Source of the DNA: Parcubacteria group bacterium GW2011_GWB1_40_14
GTDB taxonomy: Bacteria > Patescibacteriota > Minisyncoccia > Terrybacterales > GWB1-40-14
Reading direction: 5' to 3'
Length of the DNA: 64,000 nucleotides
Assembly: GCA_000996085.1 (NCBI GenBank)
Contig: LBYG01000001.1
Coordinates: 651 to 64,650 of the forward strand
Position numbers and translations under genes: made by a program. Positions 17,535-28,581 of this stretch are shown in pieces. The notes below the pieces were generated by a model. That model was not told where the DNA came from, made no database searches, and worked only from the letters and a program-made list of their open reading frames with translations. Position 1 is the stretch's first letter; the number at the start of each line of letters is the position of its first letter.

Positions 17535-20468
17535 ATGAAAAATTCTGAAATTAAACAAGAAAAAGACCTGATACGCATACGTGGGGCGCGGGTTCATAAT
17601 TTAAAAAATATAGATGTGGATATTCCACGTAATAAGCTTACAGTTATAACCGGACTTTCAGGTTCAGGTAAATCGTCTTTAGCCTTTGATACTCTATATG
17701 CTGACGGTCAGCGCCGGTATGTTGAATCTTTATCTGCTTACGCGCGGCAGTTTTTGGGTGTTATGGAAAAACCCGATGTAGATAATATAGACGGAATTTC
17801 TCCCGCAATATCTATAGATCAAAAAAGTGTTTCAAAAAATCCTCGTTCAACCGTAGGGACTATAACTGAAATCTACGATTATTTGCGTTTATTATACGCC
17901 CGAGTTGGTACACCTCATTGTCCGATTTGTAGTAGAGAAGTTAAAAAGCAAAGTCCTACGCAAATTATAAATCAAATTATCAATTTGCCCCTGAAAACTC
18001 CGATTGCAATTTTAGCTCCTGTTATACGCGGCAAAAAAGGGGAACACAAAAGCGTTATTGAAGAGATCGGACGTGCCGGTTTCAGCCGCGTGCGCGTAAA
18101 CGGCGAAATTCTTAAGGTGGAAGAGGCGCAGACAAAATTATTGGCAAGATACAAGATACACGATATTGAAGTTGTTGTTGACAGATTGGAAGTTGGTAGA
18201 AGCGCAGACGATCGCATGCGTATTGCTTCTTCCGTTGAAACCGCATTGAAAATGGGTAATGGAATACTGATTATCAATATTCAAAATGCTAAGAAAAAAT
18301 CCGATATGGTTTTCTCTGAAATGTTTGCTTGTGACGTGGACGGTATTAATTTGCCGGAAATTGAACCCCGTACATTTTCATTTAATAATCCTCATGGTGC
18401 GTGTTCAACTTGTACCGGTATAGGGTACCAACTTCAGGTTGATCCCGATTTGGTTATACCCAATCCCAGATTAACTATTGCCGAGGGCGCCATACGCGCT
18501 TGGATGGGCGCTTCGCATAAAGTAGGAAGACAATCTTGGTATTGGTGGATACTTTCTGAGTTTGCAGATAAGCGCGGTTTTTCCTTAAATACGAGATGGC
18601 AGGACCTTCCAAAAGATATTCAACAAGAAATTTTATACGGTGAAAAATCACAGCACCGGAGCTTACAGCTTGGTGTCGGGCAAGGGATTTCTACGGTTAG
18701 GAAAGATGAAGAAGAGGCTTTATTTGAAGGCGTTGTGTTAAACCTTTTGCGAAGACACAACTCGAGCGATTCTGATTGGACGCGGGCGGAAATTGAAAAA
18801 TACATGATAATAAAAAAATGTTCCGCATGTAATGGTAAGAGATTGCGTCCCGAGGCTTTGGCTGTAACTGTTAACGGCAAATCTATAGACTTAATTACGG
18901 CTATGAGCATTAAGGATGCCCAAAAGTTTTTTGAAAGTTTAACAAACGTACTAACGCAGACGCAGAAAGCAATCGCGCGGTTAATTGTAAAAGAAGTTAT
19001 AAATCGCCTTCAATTTCTTATGGACGTTGGTTTAGATTATCTTACACTTAATCGTTCAGCAGAAACTTTATCCGGCGGAGAAGCTCAGCGTATTCGTTTA
19101 GCCACACAAATAGGCACGCGTCTGGTTGGAATACTTTATATTTTGGACGAACCATCTGTCGGTTTGCATCCGCGTGACCAAGCAAGACTTATCAAAACCT
19201 TGAAAGAGTTACGTGATATAGGTAATACCGTTGTTGTTGTTGAGCACGATGAACAGACAATCATGGCTGCGGATTGGGTCATTGATATCGGTCCGGGTGC
19301 GGGCAAACACGGCGGTAAAGTTATTTTTGTGGGCACGCCAAAAGAATTACTTAAAGCAAAAACTCTGACCGGAGAATATTTATCCGGGCATAAACAAGTA
19401 GGTAAAGCCGAAAGTAAACTGGTTGAACAGGCGGTTTATAGAAATTTGCAGCGGATGGGCGCACCAAATATCGAGAATAAATTTTTGACTATAAAAGGTG
19501 CCAGAGAACACAATTTGAAAAATATTGATGTTAAAATACCTTTGGGAAAATTTGTAGCAGTTACAGGAGTTTCCGGTTCAGGAAAATCTACTTTAGTTAA
19601 CGATATTCTGGCCAAAAGTTTGCTTAAATACTTTTGGGACGCAAAAGAGCAACCGGGACAACACGGCAGCATAGAAGGATTAAATAATATCGATAAAGCT
19701 ATCGTTATTGACCAGTCGCCAATAGGGCGCACGCCTCGTTCGAATCCGGCTACATATACCGGCACATTTACAGTTATACGCACACTTTTTTCCTCAACTA
19801 AAGAAGCTAAAGTGCGCGGTTATGGTCCGGGCAGGTTTTCTTTTAACGTAAAAGGTGGTCGTTGCGAAACGTGTCAAGGCGAAGGAATGCGTAAAATAGA
19901 AATGCAGTTTCTAGCTGATGTCTGGATAGAATGTGAAGAATGTCAGGGTCAGCGTTATAATAAAGATGCGCTTGAAATAACTTGGCGGGGCAAAAACATT
20001 GCTGAAATTTTAGCTATGACCGTTGAGGACGCTTTGAGGTTTTTTGGAGGCATGCCTTCAATTACCGTAAAGTTGCGAACTCTAAATGATGTGGGTTTGG
20101 GTTATATTACTTTGGGCCAGCCGGCTACAACCTTATCCGGAGGCGAGGCGCAACGTATAAAATTGGCTGCCGAGCTTTCTCGCAGGACTACGGGCAAAAC
20201 ATTATATTTACTGGATGAGCCCACAACAGGATTACATTTTGCTGATATAGATAAATTGTTGGGATTGCTTAAGGGATTGGTAAAATTGGGCAATAGCGTG
20301 CTTATAATTGAACACAATCTTGACGTAGTAAAATGCGCAGATTGGATCGTTGATTTGGGCCCAAACGGAGGTGATCTAGGCGGAGAAATTGTCGCTGAAG
20401 GCACTCCGTCGGACATTATTAAAAATAAAAAAAGTTATACAGGACAATATTTACGCAATATCAAATAA
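17535..20468 (+). CDS. uvrA: excinuclease ABC subunit A
   Basis: Two ABC modules: '[12 protein letters not shown]' / '[12 protein letters not shown]' and '[11 protein letters not shown]' / '[12 protein letters not shown]'. Zn-finger cysteines. 977 aa. Confidence 0.95.
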   Translation: MKNSEIKQEKDLIRIRGARVHNLKNIDVDIPRNKLTVITGLSGSGKSSLAFDTLYADGQRRYVESLSAYARQFLGVMEKPDVDNIDGISPAISIDQKSVSKNPRSTVGTITEIYDYLRLLYARVGTPHCPICSREVKKQSPTQIINQIINLPLKTPIAILAPVIRGKKGEHKSVIEEIGRAGFSRVRVNGEILKVEEAQTKLLARYKIHDIEVVVDRLEVGRSADDRMRIASSVETALKMGNGILIINIQNAKKKSDMVFSEMFACDVDGINLPEIEPRTFSFNNPHGACSTCTGIGYQLQVDPDLVIPNPRLTIAEGAIRAWMGASHKVGRQSWYWWILSEFADKRGFSLNTRWQDLPKDIQQEILYGEKSQHRSLQLGVGQGISTVRKDEEEALFEGVVLNLLRRHNSSDSDWTRAEIEKYMIIKKCSACNGKRLRPEALAVTVNGKSIDLITAMSIKDAQKFFESLTNVLTQTQKAIARLIVKEVINRLQFLMDVGLDYLTLNRSAETLSGGEAQRIRLATQIGTRLVGILYILDEPSVGLHPRDQARLIKTLKELRDIGNTVVVVEHDEQTIMAADWVIDIGPGAGKHGGKVIFVGTPKELLKAKTLTGEYLSGHKQVGKAESKLVEQAVYRNLQRMGAPNIENKFLTIKGAREHNLKNIDVKIPLGKFVAVTGVSGSGKSTLVNDILAKSLLKYFWDAKEQPGQHGSIEGLNNIDKAIVIDQSPIGRTPRSNPATYTGTFTVIRTLFSSTKEAKVRGYGPGRFSFNVKGGRCETCQGEGMRKIEMQFLADVWIECEECQGQRYNKDALEITWRGKNIAEILAMTVEDALRFFGGMPSITVKLRTLNDVGLGYITLGQPATTLSGGEAQRIKLAAELSRRTTGKTLYLLDEPTTGLHFADIDKLLGLLKGLVKLGNSVLIIEHNLDVVKCADWIVDLGPNGGDLGGEIVAEGTPSDIIKNKKSYTGQYLRNIK

Positions 20469-20561
20469 TAAAGCTCAAATATCAAATAAAAAGTTAAAAA
20501 TTAACGGTTTGAACTTTGGATTTTGGAATTTGAGTTTTATCTGTATTTTGTTTCGTGTTAG

Positions 20562-21521
20562 TTGATTATTTTTATGTTATCTGATTTACAGAAAGCCATT
20601 TTGTCTACAATCGTATACTATGACGTTCTTGATATGGCGCCGACCTTTCAAGAAATTTATAGCAACTTATTGAATTGGTCCAACGATGCAAAACCTTCAC
20701 TGGGAGAAATTTTAACCAATCTTGATTATTTAAAAAAAGAAGGCATTATAGATCAAAATTTAGGATTTAATTTTTTACCGGGCAGAGATAATTTATCTTC
20801 TGAGCGCATAGATAGATTAAATTTTCTTGATCAAAAATGGAAAAAAGCCAAATGGGGATTTAAGTTACTGGCGACAATTCCATATGTACGGATAGTTTTT
20901 GCTTCAGGTTCGTTTGCGTTGGGAAATACGGATAAAGATAGCGATATAGATGTTCTTATAGTTTTAAAAAAAGGACGGATTTGGACGGGCCGTTTTTTGG
21001 TTACTTTATTGCTGCATATATTACGCTTGCGCCGTCACGGAAAAAAAATAAAAGACAGAATTTGCTTAAACCATTTTATAACGGATGAATCCATGAAAAT
21101 CCCATTTGAAAGTTTGTATAATGCTCACGTTTATGCAAATTTAGTACCGGTATTGGCACTACACGGCGCAAAACCCGAAGATTTTTTCAGAGCCAATGAA
21201 TGGATAAAGAAATATATAAATTTTGATACTAACGCTGAAAATTTTATATCAAGTCGTACGATAAAATCAAACAGACTTTTAATAGCTAAAGGAAGTGTCC
21301 GTGAAATAATTTTAAATACTTATCTTGGTGATCTGATCGAAAAAATACTGAAACAAGTTCAGGAAAAACGCATTTTAAACAATCCATTGTCGCACGAACC
21401 GAAGGGTCATGTGGTTGCAAACGATAATATGCTGGCATTTCATCCGGACTCTCCGGAAGACAAAATAATGCAGAAGTATCGTTTAAAGCTTGCAGAATTA
21501 GGTATTAGTCAAGTTAACTAA
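20562..21521 (+). CDS. Pol-beta-superfamily nucleotidyltransferase-fold protein
   Basis: 'GSFALGNTDKDSDIDVLIV' is the minimal NTase [GS]x9-13Dx[DE] motif. Winged-helix-like N-terminus. Specific family not determined. Confidence 0.45.
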   Translation: MIIFMLSDLQKAILSTIVYYDVLDMAPTFQEIYSNLLNWSNDAKPSLGEILTNLDYLKKEGIIDQNLGFNFLPGRDNLSSERIDRLNFLDQKWKKAKWGFKLLATIPYVRIVFASGSFALGNTDKDSDIDVLIVLKKGRIWTGRFLVTLLLHILRLRRHGKKIKDRICLNHFITDESMKIPFESLYNAHVYANLVPVLALHGAKPEDFFRANEWIKKYINFDTNAENFISSRTIKSNRLLIAKGSVREIILNTYLGDLIEKILKQVQEKRILNNPLSHEPKGHVVANDNMLAFHPDSPEDKIMQKYRLKLAELGISQVN

Positions 21522-21540
21522 AAAATACTACAATAGCCTT

Positions 21541-22509
21541 ATGGACATGGTTATTATTATACTTCTGGCATTGACAGCCGTCGTTTCTGTGGGGGCGTTT
21601 TTCTTATTATGGTCCGGAAAAAACAAGAAATCTGCTGAAAGCGAGCTTATGAAACTGATGCTTGAGCAAATGAGTTCTTTGAAGGGGGATTTAAGTGAAC
21701 GACTTCGGGACGTTAAAGAAGAAGCTAATAAATCGGGTGAAGCAACAGCGCGTTTGCTGACTCAGATAGGAAGACAGGAAGAAGCAGTAAAAATGGTTCT
21801 TGAGCAGACGCGGGATCTTAAAACATTTCAGGATCTATTGCGACCATCAAAAAGCAGAGGAGTTGTCGGAGAGATTATTCTGGAAAATATTCTGAAGGAT
21901 AAGCTCGTTGAAGGCAAACACTATCAAAAACAATATGGATTTAAAAGCGGCGAAGTTGTCGATTTTGTTCTTTTCTTGAATGATTATATAGTTCCGCTTG
22001 ATTCAAAGTTTCCTATGGAAAGTTATGAGCGTCTGCTTAAGGTTTCTCCTGAAGAAAAAGAATCAGCTGAAAAAGCTTTTGCTTCTTCTGTTAAGCAAAA
22101 AATTGAAGATATCCGTAAAAAATATATTTTGCCACAGGAAAAGACCACAGATTTTGCATTTATGTATATTCCTTCTGAAGGCATGTATGCAACGGTATTA
22201 TCTATTCAGCCACTTATGGATTTTGCAGCTGCATCACGTGTTATTCCGGTATCACCCTCAACGCTTTTTGCCTATTTAGTAACAATTGAAATGGGATTTC
22301 GCGGAATGCAGATTGAGGAAAGCGCGAAAGAAATACGAGCCGCTCTTTCGTCGTTTATAAAAGATATGTCAGATCTTGATATGAAACTTAAACTTGCCGG
22401 CAAGCATATGAAAGATGCCGTTAAAGCTGAAGAAGACGCCGAGAAAACAATTTCAAAAATAGGTGATAAACTCCGTTCTGTTGTTTCGCAGACGGGAGAA
22501 GAGGAATGA
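21541..22509 (+). CDS. rmuC: DNA recombination protein RmuC
   Basis: N-terminal TM, long coiled coil, then a nuclease-like C-terminal region. Overall architecture and sequence resemble the RmuC family. Confidence 0.7.
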   Translation: MDMVIIILLALTAVVSVGAFFLLWSGKNKKSAESELMKLMLEQMSSLKGDLSERLRDVKEEANKSGEATARLLTQIGRQEEAVKMVLEQTRDLKTFQDLLRPSKSRGVVGEIILENILKDKLVEGKHYQKQYGFKSGEVVDFVLFLNDYIVPLDSKFPMESYERLLKVSPEEKESAEKAFASSVKQKIEDIRKKYILPQEKTTDFAFMYIPSEGMYATVLSIQPLMDFAAASRVIPVSPSTLFAYLVTIEMGFRGMQIEESAKEIRAALSSFIKDMSDLDMKLKLAGKHMKDAVKAEEDAEKTISKIGDKLRSVVSQTGEEE

Positions 22510-22796
22510 GCATGGAAGAAAAAAGACTTTTAGAATTTTATGGAACAGAATGTCCGCATTGTATTAAAATGCGACCTTTAATTGAACGGCTTGAAAAAGA
22601 AACAAATATGAAAGTTGAACAATATGAAACTTGGCACAACGAACAAAACGCCAGATTATTAGAACAATACGATAAGGGTTATTGCGGAGGTGTTCCGTTT
22701 TTTTATAACACTCTAAGTAATAAATGGATTTGTGGCGCTGTACCATATGAGGAATTAAAAAGTTGGGCAGAGGGGAGTGATGTAATAAAAGAATAG
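22506..22796 (+). CDS. thioredoxin-fold / glutaredoxin-like protein (CPHC active site)
   Basis: 'YGTECPHCIKMRP' CxxC motif in a 96-aa thioredoxin-fold-sized ORF. 4-nt overlap with rmuC. Confidence 0.65.
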   Translation: MSMEEKRLLEFYGTECPHCIKMRPLIERLEKETNMKVEQYETWHNEQNARLLEQYDKGYCGGVPFFYNTLSNKWICGAVPYEELKSWAEGSDVIKE

Positions 22797-22800
22797 AAAT

Positions 22801-23454
22801 ATGCTTTTAAGTAAAACTCAGATTGCGATGATGGTGGGTTCAGTTGCCGTGACCGCACTTGTTGGGGGCGGAGCCGGATTTTTATATAAGCAACTGCCAA
22901 GCATCAGAAGCAATTTTTTGAATAATAACGAACAACAGAATAATGTAGAAGTTATAGACGCCCACGATGAAGGACAGGAAGAAACTGAAGTTAATTTGCC
23001 GGATATATCCGTATCATACGTTTCAAATTGGGAAATTTATCAAAATACTCAATATGGATTTGAGATAAATTATCCCAAAGAATGGTTTTTGGAAGAACAA
23101 ACCATTGAAGATAGCGAAATATTTGGCGTATCGATATCATCGCAACAAGTTTTGGAAGACTCTAACCAGGAAAAATATTTTATTGTTTCAATTATGCCCA
23201 ACGTTTTTACAGAACAAGATCTTGCCATGAACGGAGAAGCTGCGGGATATAAATTCCAATCGATCGATTTTCTCGGTTTACCCTCAAACAAGCTGATAGT
23301 CACAGGAGAAAATGAATTAGGAAAACCAAGCACCTCTATTTTATTTAACCGCAACTCAAAAGGTTGGCTTATTTCACATAACAATTATGACATGACCGGC
23401 AATCATAATTCCGTATATGACGAAATATTTTCCACCTTTAAATTTATAGATTAA
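22801..23454 (+). CDS. hypothetical membrane-anchored extracytoplasmic protein
   Basis: N-terminal TM helix then a soluble domain. No motif recognised. Confidence 0.4.
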   Translation: MLLSKTQIAMMVGSVAVTALVGGGAGFLYKQLPSIRSNFLNNNEQQNNVEVIDAHDEGQEETEVNLPDISVSYVSNWEIYQNTQYGFEINYPKEWFLEEQTIEDSEIFGVSISSQQVLEDSNQEKYFIVSIMPNVFTEQDLAMNGEAAGYKFQSIDFLGLPSNKLIVTGENELGKPSTSILFNRNSKGWLISHNNYDMTGNHNSVYDEIFSTFKFID

Positions 23455-23463
23455 TTTATACAT

Positions 23464-24210
23464 ATGTACGATGTTAGTTCTCTTTTTCTACCCGCATTTA
23501 TATCCGGATTAGTTACTTTTTTTGCTCCCTGCACCTTTCCATTAATACCGGCTTATTTGGGTTTGATTTCGGGTGCGACCGCAGAAAATTTGGCAGTTCC
23601 CGCAAAACGAAAGATTATTAATTGGAACATGGTTAAGAACGGCGCATTATTTATAGCCGGTTTTTCGTTTGTTTTTGTTTTTTTGGGTGCGGGGTTTGGG
23701 CTTCTTGGGACAGTTGTTGTAGGTTTTCGTTTATGGATAACCAAATTAGCCGGAGTTTTTCTTGTTTTTGCAGGAATAGGCATGCTCGGCTTTATTAAGT
23801 TTCCTGTTTTTAACCTTTTTAAAATTAAAAATACCGGCAGTATGGATCCATCGTTAAGAGCTTTCGTATTAGGCGCAGCTTTAGGCGCCGGATGGACTCC
23901 GTGTGTGGGGCCTATTTTGGGAGCCGTTCTTACGCTGGCCAGCGCTTCATCAACGTGGTTTGCGGGCGCACAACTTTTAGCTGTATTCTCATTGGGGTTA
24001 GCTATACCTTTTATTGTAGTAGCTATTTTGTTTAGTTCTGCTAATAAATACCTGTTAAAACTTAATAAATATATCCAAGTTTTATCGTTTATTTCAGCGA
24101 TATTATTGATCTTGTTCGGCATTTTGATATTTAGTAATAAATTAGGTTATTTAATGGGTTGGGGTTTTAAAATACTTAAATATCAAGATGTTATAATGCC
24201 TTTATTATGA
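23464..24210 (+). CDS. ccdA: cytochrome c-type biogenesis / disulfide-transfer membrane protein CcdA (DsbD beta-domain family)
   Basis: 'FFAPCTFPLIPAYLGLISG' and second conserved Cys in 'GWTPCVGPILGAVL'. Six TM helices. Confidence 0.8.
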   Translation: MYDVSSLFLPAFISGLVTFFAPCTFPLIPAYLGLISGATAENLAVPAKRKIINWNMVKNGALFIAGFSFVFVFLGAGFGLLGTVVVGFRLWITKLAGVFLVFAGIGMLGFIKFPVFNLFKIKNTGSMDPSLRAFVLGAALGAGWTPCVGPILGAVLTLASASSTWFAGAQLLAVFSLGLAIPFIVVAILFSSANKYLLKLNKYIQVLSFISAILLILFGILIFSNKLGYLMGWGFKILKYQDVIMPLL

Positions 24211-25115
24211 TTTTTAATCGGGAAAACTTTTTTAATTCTTCGTCCATTGGACGAACTTTAGAATCGGGAAAAAACACTGAACAAAAATCCGCTCAGGAGC
24301 AGTTTGGCGGCTTGCAAGGATATCTTCAGCATGAATTTAAAAATGCCATTTGGTCTGACGATATAAAACCTTTACATAAATCTTACGAAGGAAGAGTTCG
24401 TGAGGTTATAAATGCTATTGTATTGGGTGAGGCACAAAACGTAGATAGAGGAAAGCGTAGAGAGGCGGAATCAGTTGTGCGTTCCAGTAAAACCGCAGAA
24501 GTTACCGATACTGTAATTAAAAAATTTGTAGGAAATTCCGAAACAAGTGATAGAAAATATTTTTGGAGGCTTGAACAAGCGGCTTGGAGAAAAGCGCTTA
24601 ACGGTAAGGAACAAATTGAAAAAGCAGAAACCCCCTTTTTGCAAGAAGTATTTAGAGTTGCTCTTGAAGATGAAATCGAAGTGTTGCGAGTTCCAAAAAG
24701 TCAAAATGATTTCAGAGCTGCGCTGGACAGAGCTGCGGATTATGCGGCGCAATATAGAATTCTTTTTGGGCCAGCTGACAGTACTCAAGAACAGCCTGAT
24801 TCAGAATTGCCTTTACCGCCTGCGGATTATGAATATCTTAAAGGATTAATGCATGATGAAATTGAGCAAGGACTTGCTAACAGAACAGATGTTAAGCTTG
24901 CGCTTGATAATAAAGGAATGATCCAGAGTAATTATGATCCAAATCTTTTAGTAGATTATCGTATAATAAATGCTCAGCGTCTTAGTTTTACAGAAAACGG
25001 TGTTGATATAATCGACAGGCCTTTATATATAATTCAGCAGGAGCAGGAGGCAAAATTAAAAACGGAAAGTGAGAAACGTACCGATGCTTATTATTCGTCA
25101 GAACGCGAACCATAG
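24207..25115 (+). CDS. hypothetical soluble protein (no recognisable domain), co-operonic with ccdA
   Basis: 302 aa, charged, no TM. 4-nt overlap with the ccdA stop. Confidence 0.4.
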   Translation: MIFNRENFFNSSSIGRTLESGKNTEQKSAQEQFGGLQGYLQHEFKNAIWSDDIKPLHKSYEGRVREVINAIVLGEAQNVDRGKRREAESVVRSSKTAEVTDTVIKKFVGNSETSDRKYFWRLEQAAWRKALNGKEQIEKAETPFLQEVFRVALEDEIEVLRVPKSQNDFRAALDRAADYAAQYRILFGPADSTQEQPDSELPLPPADYEYLKGLMHDEIEQGLANRTDVKLALDNKGMIQSNYDPNLLVDYRIINAQRLSFTENGVDIIDRPLYIIQQEQEAKLKTESEKRTDAYYSSEREP

Positions 25116-25167
25116 AATAGTGTTAGCAAGTATTTAAGTGAATGTATTTTCGTGATACAATAAATTT

Positions 25168-25578
25168 ATGGCGAGAAATAAGATTTTTATTACAGCTTTT
25201 GGAATATTCGTTTTACTTTTTATAGCCGGCAGCGGATTTGTTTTTTATCAGGAAGGTCTGAAAACCGATCAATTTTTGGCTGAAGCATCTTTAAAAAAGA
25301 CAGAAGTATTAATCAAACAAAAACAAAGAGATAATTATCTTCGGTTAAATTCTCAATCAACAACAGATTATTCTGAAGGCGATTGTATCACTGAAGCACA
25401 ATGTTCGTGGGCAGGACAGGGATGCGGCGGAAGGCATGGTGTTTGTACTGATCAACCCGAAAAATATGCGGGAGTAATTACAACATGCATTCTCAATATT
25501 GATCCCGACTTTCCGAGCAATAATGGGTATTCTTGCGGATGCATTTTAGATATAAGGAAGTGTGGTTGGGAGAAATAG
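25168..25578 (+). CDS. small exported Cys-rich protein
   Basis: N-terminal TM/signal. Ten Cys in the C-terminal ~60 aa ('CITEAQCSWAGQGCGGRHGVCTDQ...CILNIDPDFPSNNGYSCGCILDIRKCGW'). Confidence 0.4.
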   Translation: MARNKIFITAFGIFVLLFIAGSGFVFYQEGLKTDQFLAEASLKKTEVLIKQKQRDNYLRLNSQSTTDYSEGDCITEAQCSWAGQGCGGRHGVCTDQPEKYAGVITTCILNIDPDFPSNNGYSCGCILDIRKCGWEK

Positions 25579-25593
25579 TTTAGTTGTTAAATA

Positions 25594-25640
25594 TAAAAAA
25601 CCTCCATTTCCGCAAGCCTGCGGATTAAACGGAGGTTTTT
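25594..25640. terminator. bidirectional terminator with nested hairpins
   Basis: Outer stem 'aaaaacctcc' / 'ggaggttttt' around an inner 'ccgcaagcctgcgg' hairpin. Confidence 0.6.
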
Positions 25641-25643
25641 AAT

Positions 25644-26612
25644 TTAAGATTTTATTTTTTTTGATGTTTTCTTTACTCGAGAAACTCTGAATAATCCGGA
25701 GCAAGGAACAATTTCAACGCCGCGTTTTTCAAGTTCATCTAAAAATAAATTCATTCCTATAGAATCAGAAGACATGTGTCCGGCGACAATAGCATTTATA
25801 TGAGCTTTTTTTGCGGCTTCGGTATGTTTTTCTGACATGTGCATCGCAACAACAGTTCCAATACCGGCATGCGCTAAGCGTTCATATATTTCTGCGGAGC
25901 CTTCAGTGCCGCCTGTTATTTCAGTGAGGGCTATTTTGCCGCAGCGTCTATCTTCGGAGCCTGAAAATAACGCCGGTCCGGATCCTAATTTTATGGCTGC
26001 CTGATATTCCGGAATTTCTTTGATCAATTTCATTAGGTCGCCAACAAATTCTGGTTTTGCATCATCTATTTTTTTCTTCAGAAAAGATGCGGCCATATTA
26101 TCTGCAATTGTATGAGTGCACATTAACGAAATTTTTAAAAGTTCCGCGATTTGTACCGCTCTTTCGTGATTGCTTGGAGAGAGTCCGCGCGCAACTTCAG
26201 AAATTCTAGTATGAAGTAAAGACTCGGCAATATTGATCGGTACCCCATATTGGGCCAAAACGTCGGCTTGTAGGTGCATTACCTCGTCGAGTCGGGCTAA
26301 ACCCTTGCCTTCGGGATGATGGCCTATTACCAGGTCAATATTTCCTAAACGATCCGCAAGAAGCATTTCAGACGCTTCGGTATCTATTCCGGTCAAAATG
26401 CGTTTCACTTTTTTTCCGCTATCGTAAAGGATCCTTGTATCAGAATAAGGATTTGTCAGTCGTTCTGTATCAAACATTTTTTTATCTTCAGCGGACATCT
26501 TTTCATATTTTTCTTCGAGCCGAGAGAGCATTTTATCTATATCTTTCGCCGGCCTGAAGTCGTTTTTGCGTCCAAGCTCAATAGCTAATTTATATATTTG
26601 TTCTACTGTCAT
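25644..26612 (-). CDS. Nif3-family (YqfO/YbgI-like) dinuclear metal-centre protein
   Basis: 'NIDLVIGHHPE' and C-terminal 'GHMSSDSIG' resemble Nif3 metal-binding motifs. 322 aa. Confidence 0.55.
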   Translation of the reverse strand: MTVEQIYKLAIELGRKNDFRPAKDIDKMLSRLEEKYEKMSAEDKKMFDTERLTNPYSDTRILYDSGKKVKRILTGIDTEASEMLLADRLGNIDLVIGHHPEGKGLARLDEVMHLQADVLAQYGVPINIAESLLHTRISEVARGLSPSNHERAVQIAELLKISLMCTHTIADNMAASFLKKKIDDAKPEFVGDLMKLIKEIPEYQAAIKLGSGPALFSGSEDRRCGKIALTEITGGTEGSAEIYERLAHAGIGTVVAMHMSEKHTEAAKKAHINAIVAGHMSSDSIGMNLFLDELEKRGVEIVPCSGLFRVSRVKKTSKKIKS

Positions 26613-26734
26613 GCCAATTTTGCTCCTGAGCTACGCGAAGGAATGCAAAATTGTGCACCCTGAGCGAAGTCGAAGGATTACTTATTTATATATTAGACAT
26701 CTTAATTTATCTTATGTATTATAGGTTATTGCCG

Positions 26735-27013
26735 ATGAATAATCAATCAGATAATAATACAGATAAAAATAAAAATACGGCCTCAAACGCCGCTTTTTCT
26801 TCGGCTTTTGCGCTTGGCTGGGAGATGGGGTATACAATTACAGTTCCTTTGGTGTTATTCGCTCTGCTTGGTCGTTTTGCGGATAAATATTTCAGCACTT
26901 CGCCCGTATTTTTATTGACCGGAATTATATTATCTATTTTCGTATCAGTATTTCTTTTATATCATAAAGTAAAAAGAATTATAAAAGAACAGGAAGAAGG
27001 AAATAAAACTTAA
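26735..27013 (+). CDS. atpI: ATP synthase protein I / AtpZ-like small membrane protein
   Basis: Start set at the ATG at 26735 (RBS 'aggtt' 7 nt upstream). Two TM helices and an 'AFxxAFALGWEMGYTITVPLVLFALLGRFADKYF' motif, typical of ORFs preceding atpB. Confidence 0.55.
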   Translation: MNNQSDNNTDKNKNTASNAAFSSAFALGWEMGYTITVPLVLFALLGRFADKYFSTSPVFLLTGIILSIFVSVFLLYHKVKRIIKEQEEGNKT

Positions 27014-27016
27014 TAT

Positions 27017-27742
27017 ATGCATATTTCTATTGCCGCGGAAAAACTATTTAATATTTTCGGATTTCCTGTTACTAACAGTCTTTTAATGTCATGGCTTGCC
27101 ATAATTATTTTGATATCTGTTGCCGTTTATTTTAAACGAACCGCCTCGTCCGTACCCGGAAAATTTCAATCGTTACTTGAGATGGTTTTTGAAGCGCTTC
27201 TTAATCTCATAGACAGCATTACACAGGACAGGAAAAAATCAGAAAAGTTTTTACCTTTAGTATTAACTATTTTTCTTTTTGTTATTGTCGCTAATTGGAT
27301 AAGTTTGGTTCCCGGAGTAGGCAGTATCGGATTAAATACTGAGGACGGATTTTTGCCGCTTTTTCGTCCTACAAATACCGACCTAAACAATACTTTAGCG
27401 TTAGCCGTTATAGCGGTTGTTTCGGCTCATTTCTTTGGCTTAAAAGCTCTTGGAATTAAAAAACATATCGGAAAATTCTTAAATTTTAAAGGACCGATAG
27501 ATTTTTTTGTGGGTTTGCTTGAGGCGGTAGGCGAAGTTTCAAGGATTTTATCTTTTTCTTTCCGGCTATTCGGTAATATGTTTGCAGGCGAAGTTTTGTT
27601 ATTGGTTTTGGCAGGCTTAGTTCCGTTTTTGGTACCAATCCCGTTTTTGGGCTTTGAGCTCTTTGTGGGCTTTATTCAAGCGTTAGTTTTTGCTATGTTA
27701 ACTTTGGTCTTTTTAACAATAGCTACCGCAGAACATCATTAG
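27017..27742 (+). CDS. atpB: F0F1 ATP synthase subunit a
   Basis: Conserved Arg-containing helix '[16 protein letters not shown]' and C-terminal '[20 protein letters not shown]'. Confidence 0.9.
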   Translation: MHISIAAEKLFNIFGFPVTNSLLMSWLAIIILISVAVYFKRTASSVPGKFQSLLEMVFEALLNLIDSITQDRKKSEKFLPLVLTIFLFVIVANWISLVPGVGSIGLNTEDGFLPLFRPTNTDLNNTLALAVIAVVSAHFFGLKALGIKKHIGKFLNFKGPIDFFVGLLEAVGEVSRILSFSFRLFGNMFAGEVLLLVLAGLVPFLVPIPFLGFELFVGFIQALVFAMLTLVFLTIATAEHH

Positions 27743-27744
27743 TT

Positions 27745-28073
<329 letters not shown>

Positions 28074-28075
28074 GG

Positions 28076-28576
28076 ATGTCTGAACTGTTAACAAAATTAG
28101 GAATAGATTGGCACTTGTTTTTAGCGCAGGTTGTTAATTTTGGTATATTGGCTTTTTTGTTACACAGATTTTTATATAAGCCAATGCTTAAAATATTATC
28201 CGAAAGGAGCGCCAAAGCTAAAGAAGTTGTTGAAGGCGCGGCAAGTATGGCTCAGGCTAAACGCGATTTGGAACAGGAAATAGTGGAAACAAGAAATAAG
28301 GCGCGCAAGGAGGCGGATGAGATATTGGTTGAAGGTCAAAAAAAAGCAGAAATTATTCGTGCTGGCGTTATAGCACAACTTGAAAAAGAACTTGTTTTAT
28401 TGAAAAATAAAGCTTTAGCGGAAATAGAGAAAGAGCGGGCAAAAGCAATGAACGAAGCAAAGAATGAATTGGCTTCTACGGTTATTTTAGCCGCGGAAAA
28501 AGTACTTGCGCGCGAGGTCAAAAATGAAGACAGTATAAAACTTGCACAAGAAGCGCTTAGTAAAGTCAAAGAATAA
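28076..28576 (+). CDS. atpF: F0F1 ATP synthase subunit b
   Basis: Single N-terminal TM helix then a long charged helix. Position in operon. Confidence 0.8.
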   Translation: MSELLTKLGIDWHLFLAQVVNFGILAFLLHRFLYKPMLKILSERSAKAKEVVEGAASMAQAKRDLEQEIVETRNKARKEADEILVEGQKKAEIIRAGVIAQLEKELVLLKNKALAEIEKERAKAMNEAKNELASTVILAAEKVLAREVKNEDSIKLAQEALSKVKE

Positions 28577-28581
28577 AAACC

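Noticed and set aside
17972-20416. Five antisense ORFs (66-115 aa) inside uvrA
   Set aside because: They lie entirely within a strongly supported 977-aa UvrA reading frame and have biased, low-complexity composition. Shadow ORFs.
26613-26700. Resemblance of 'gcaccctgagcgaagtcgaaggatta' to the 5' end of 23S rRNA
   Set aside because: Only a loose pattern match over about 25 nt with no flanking rRNA sequence. Treated as chance.
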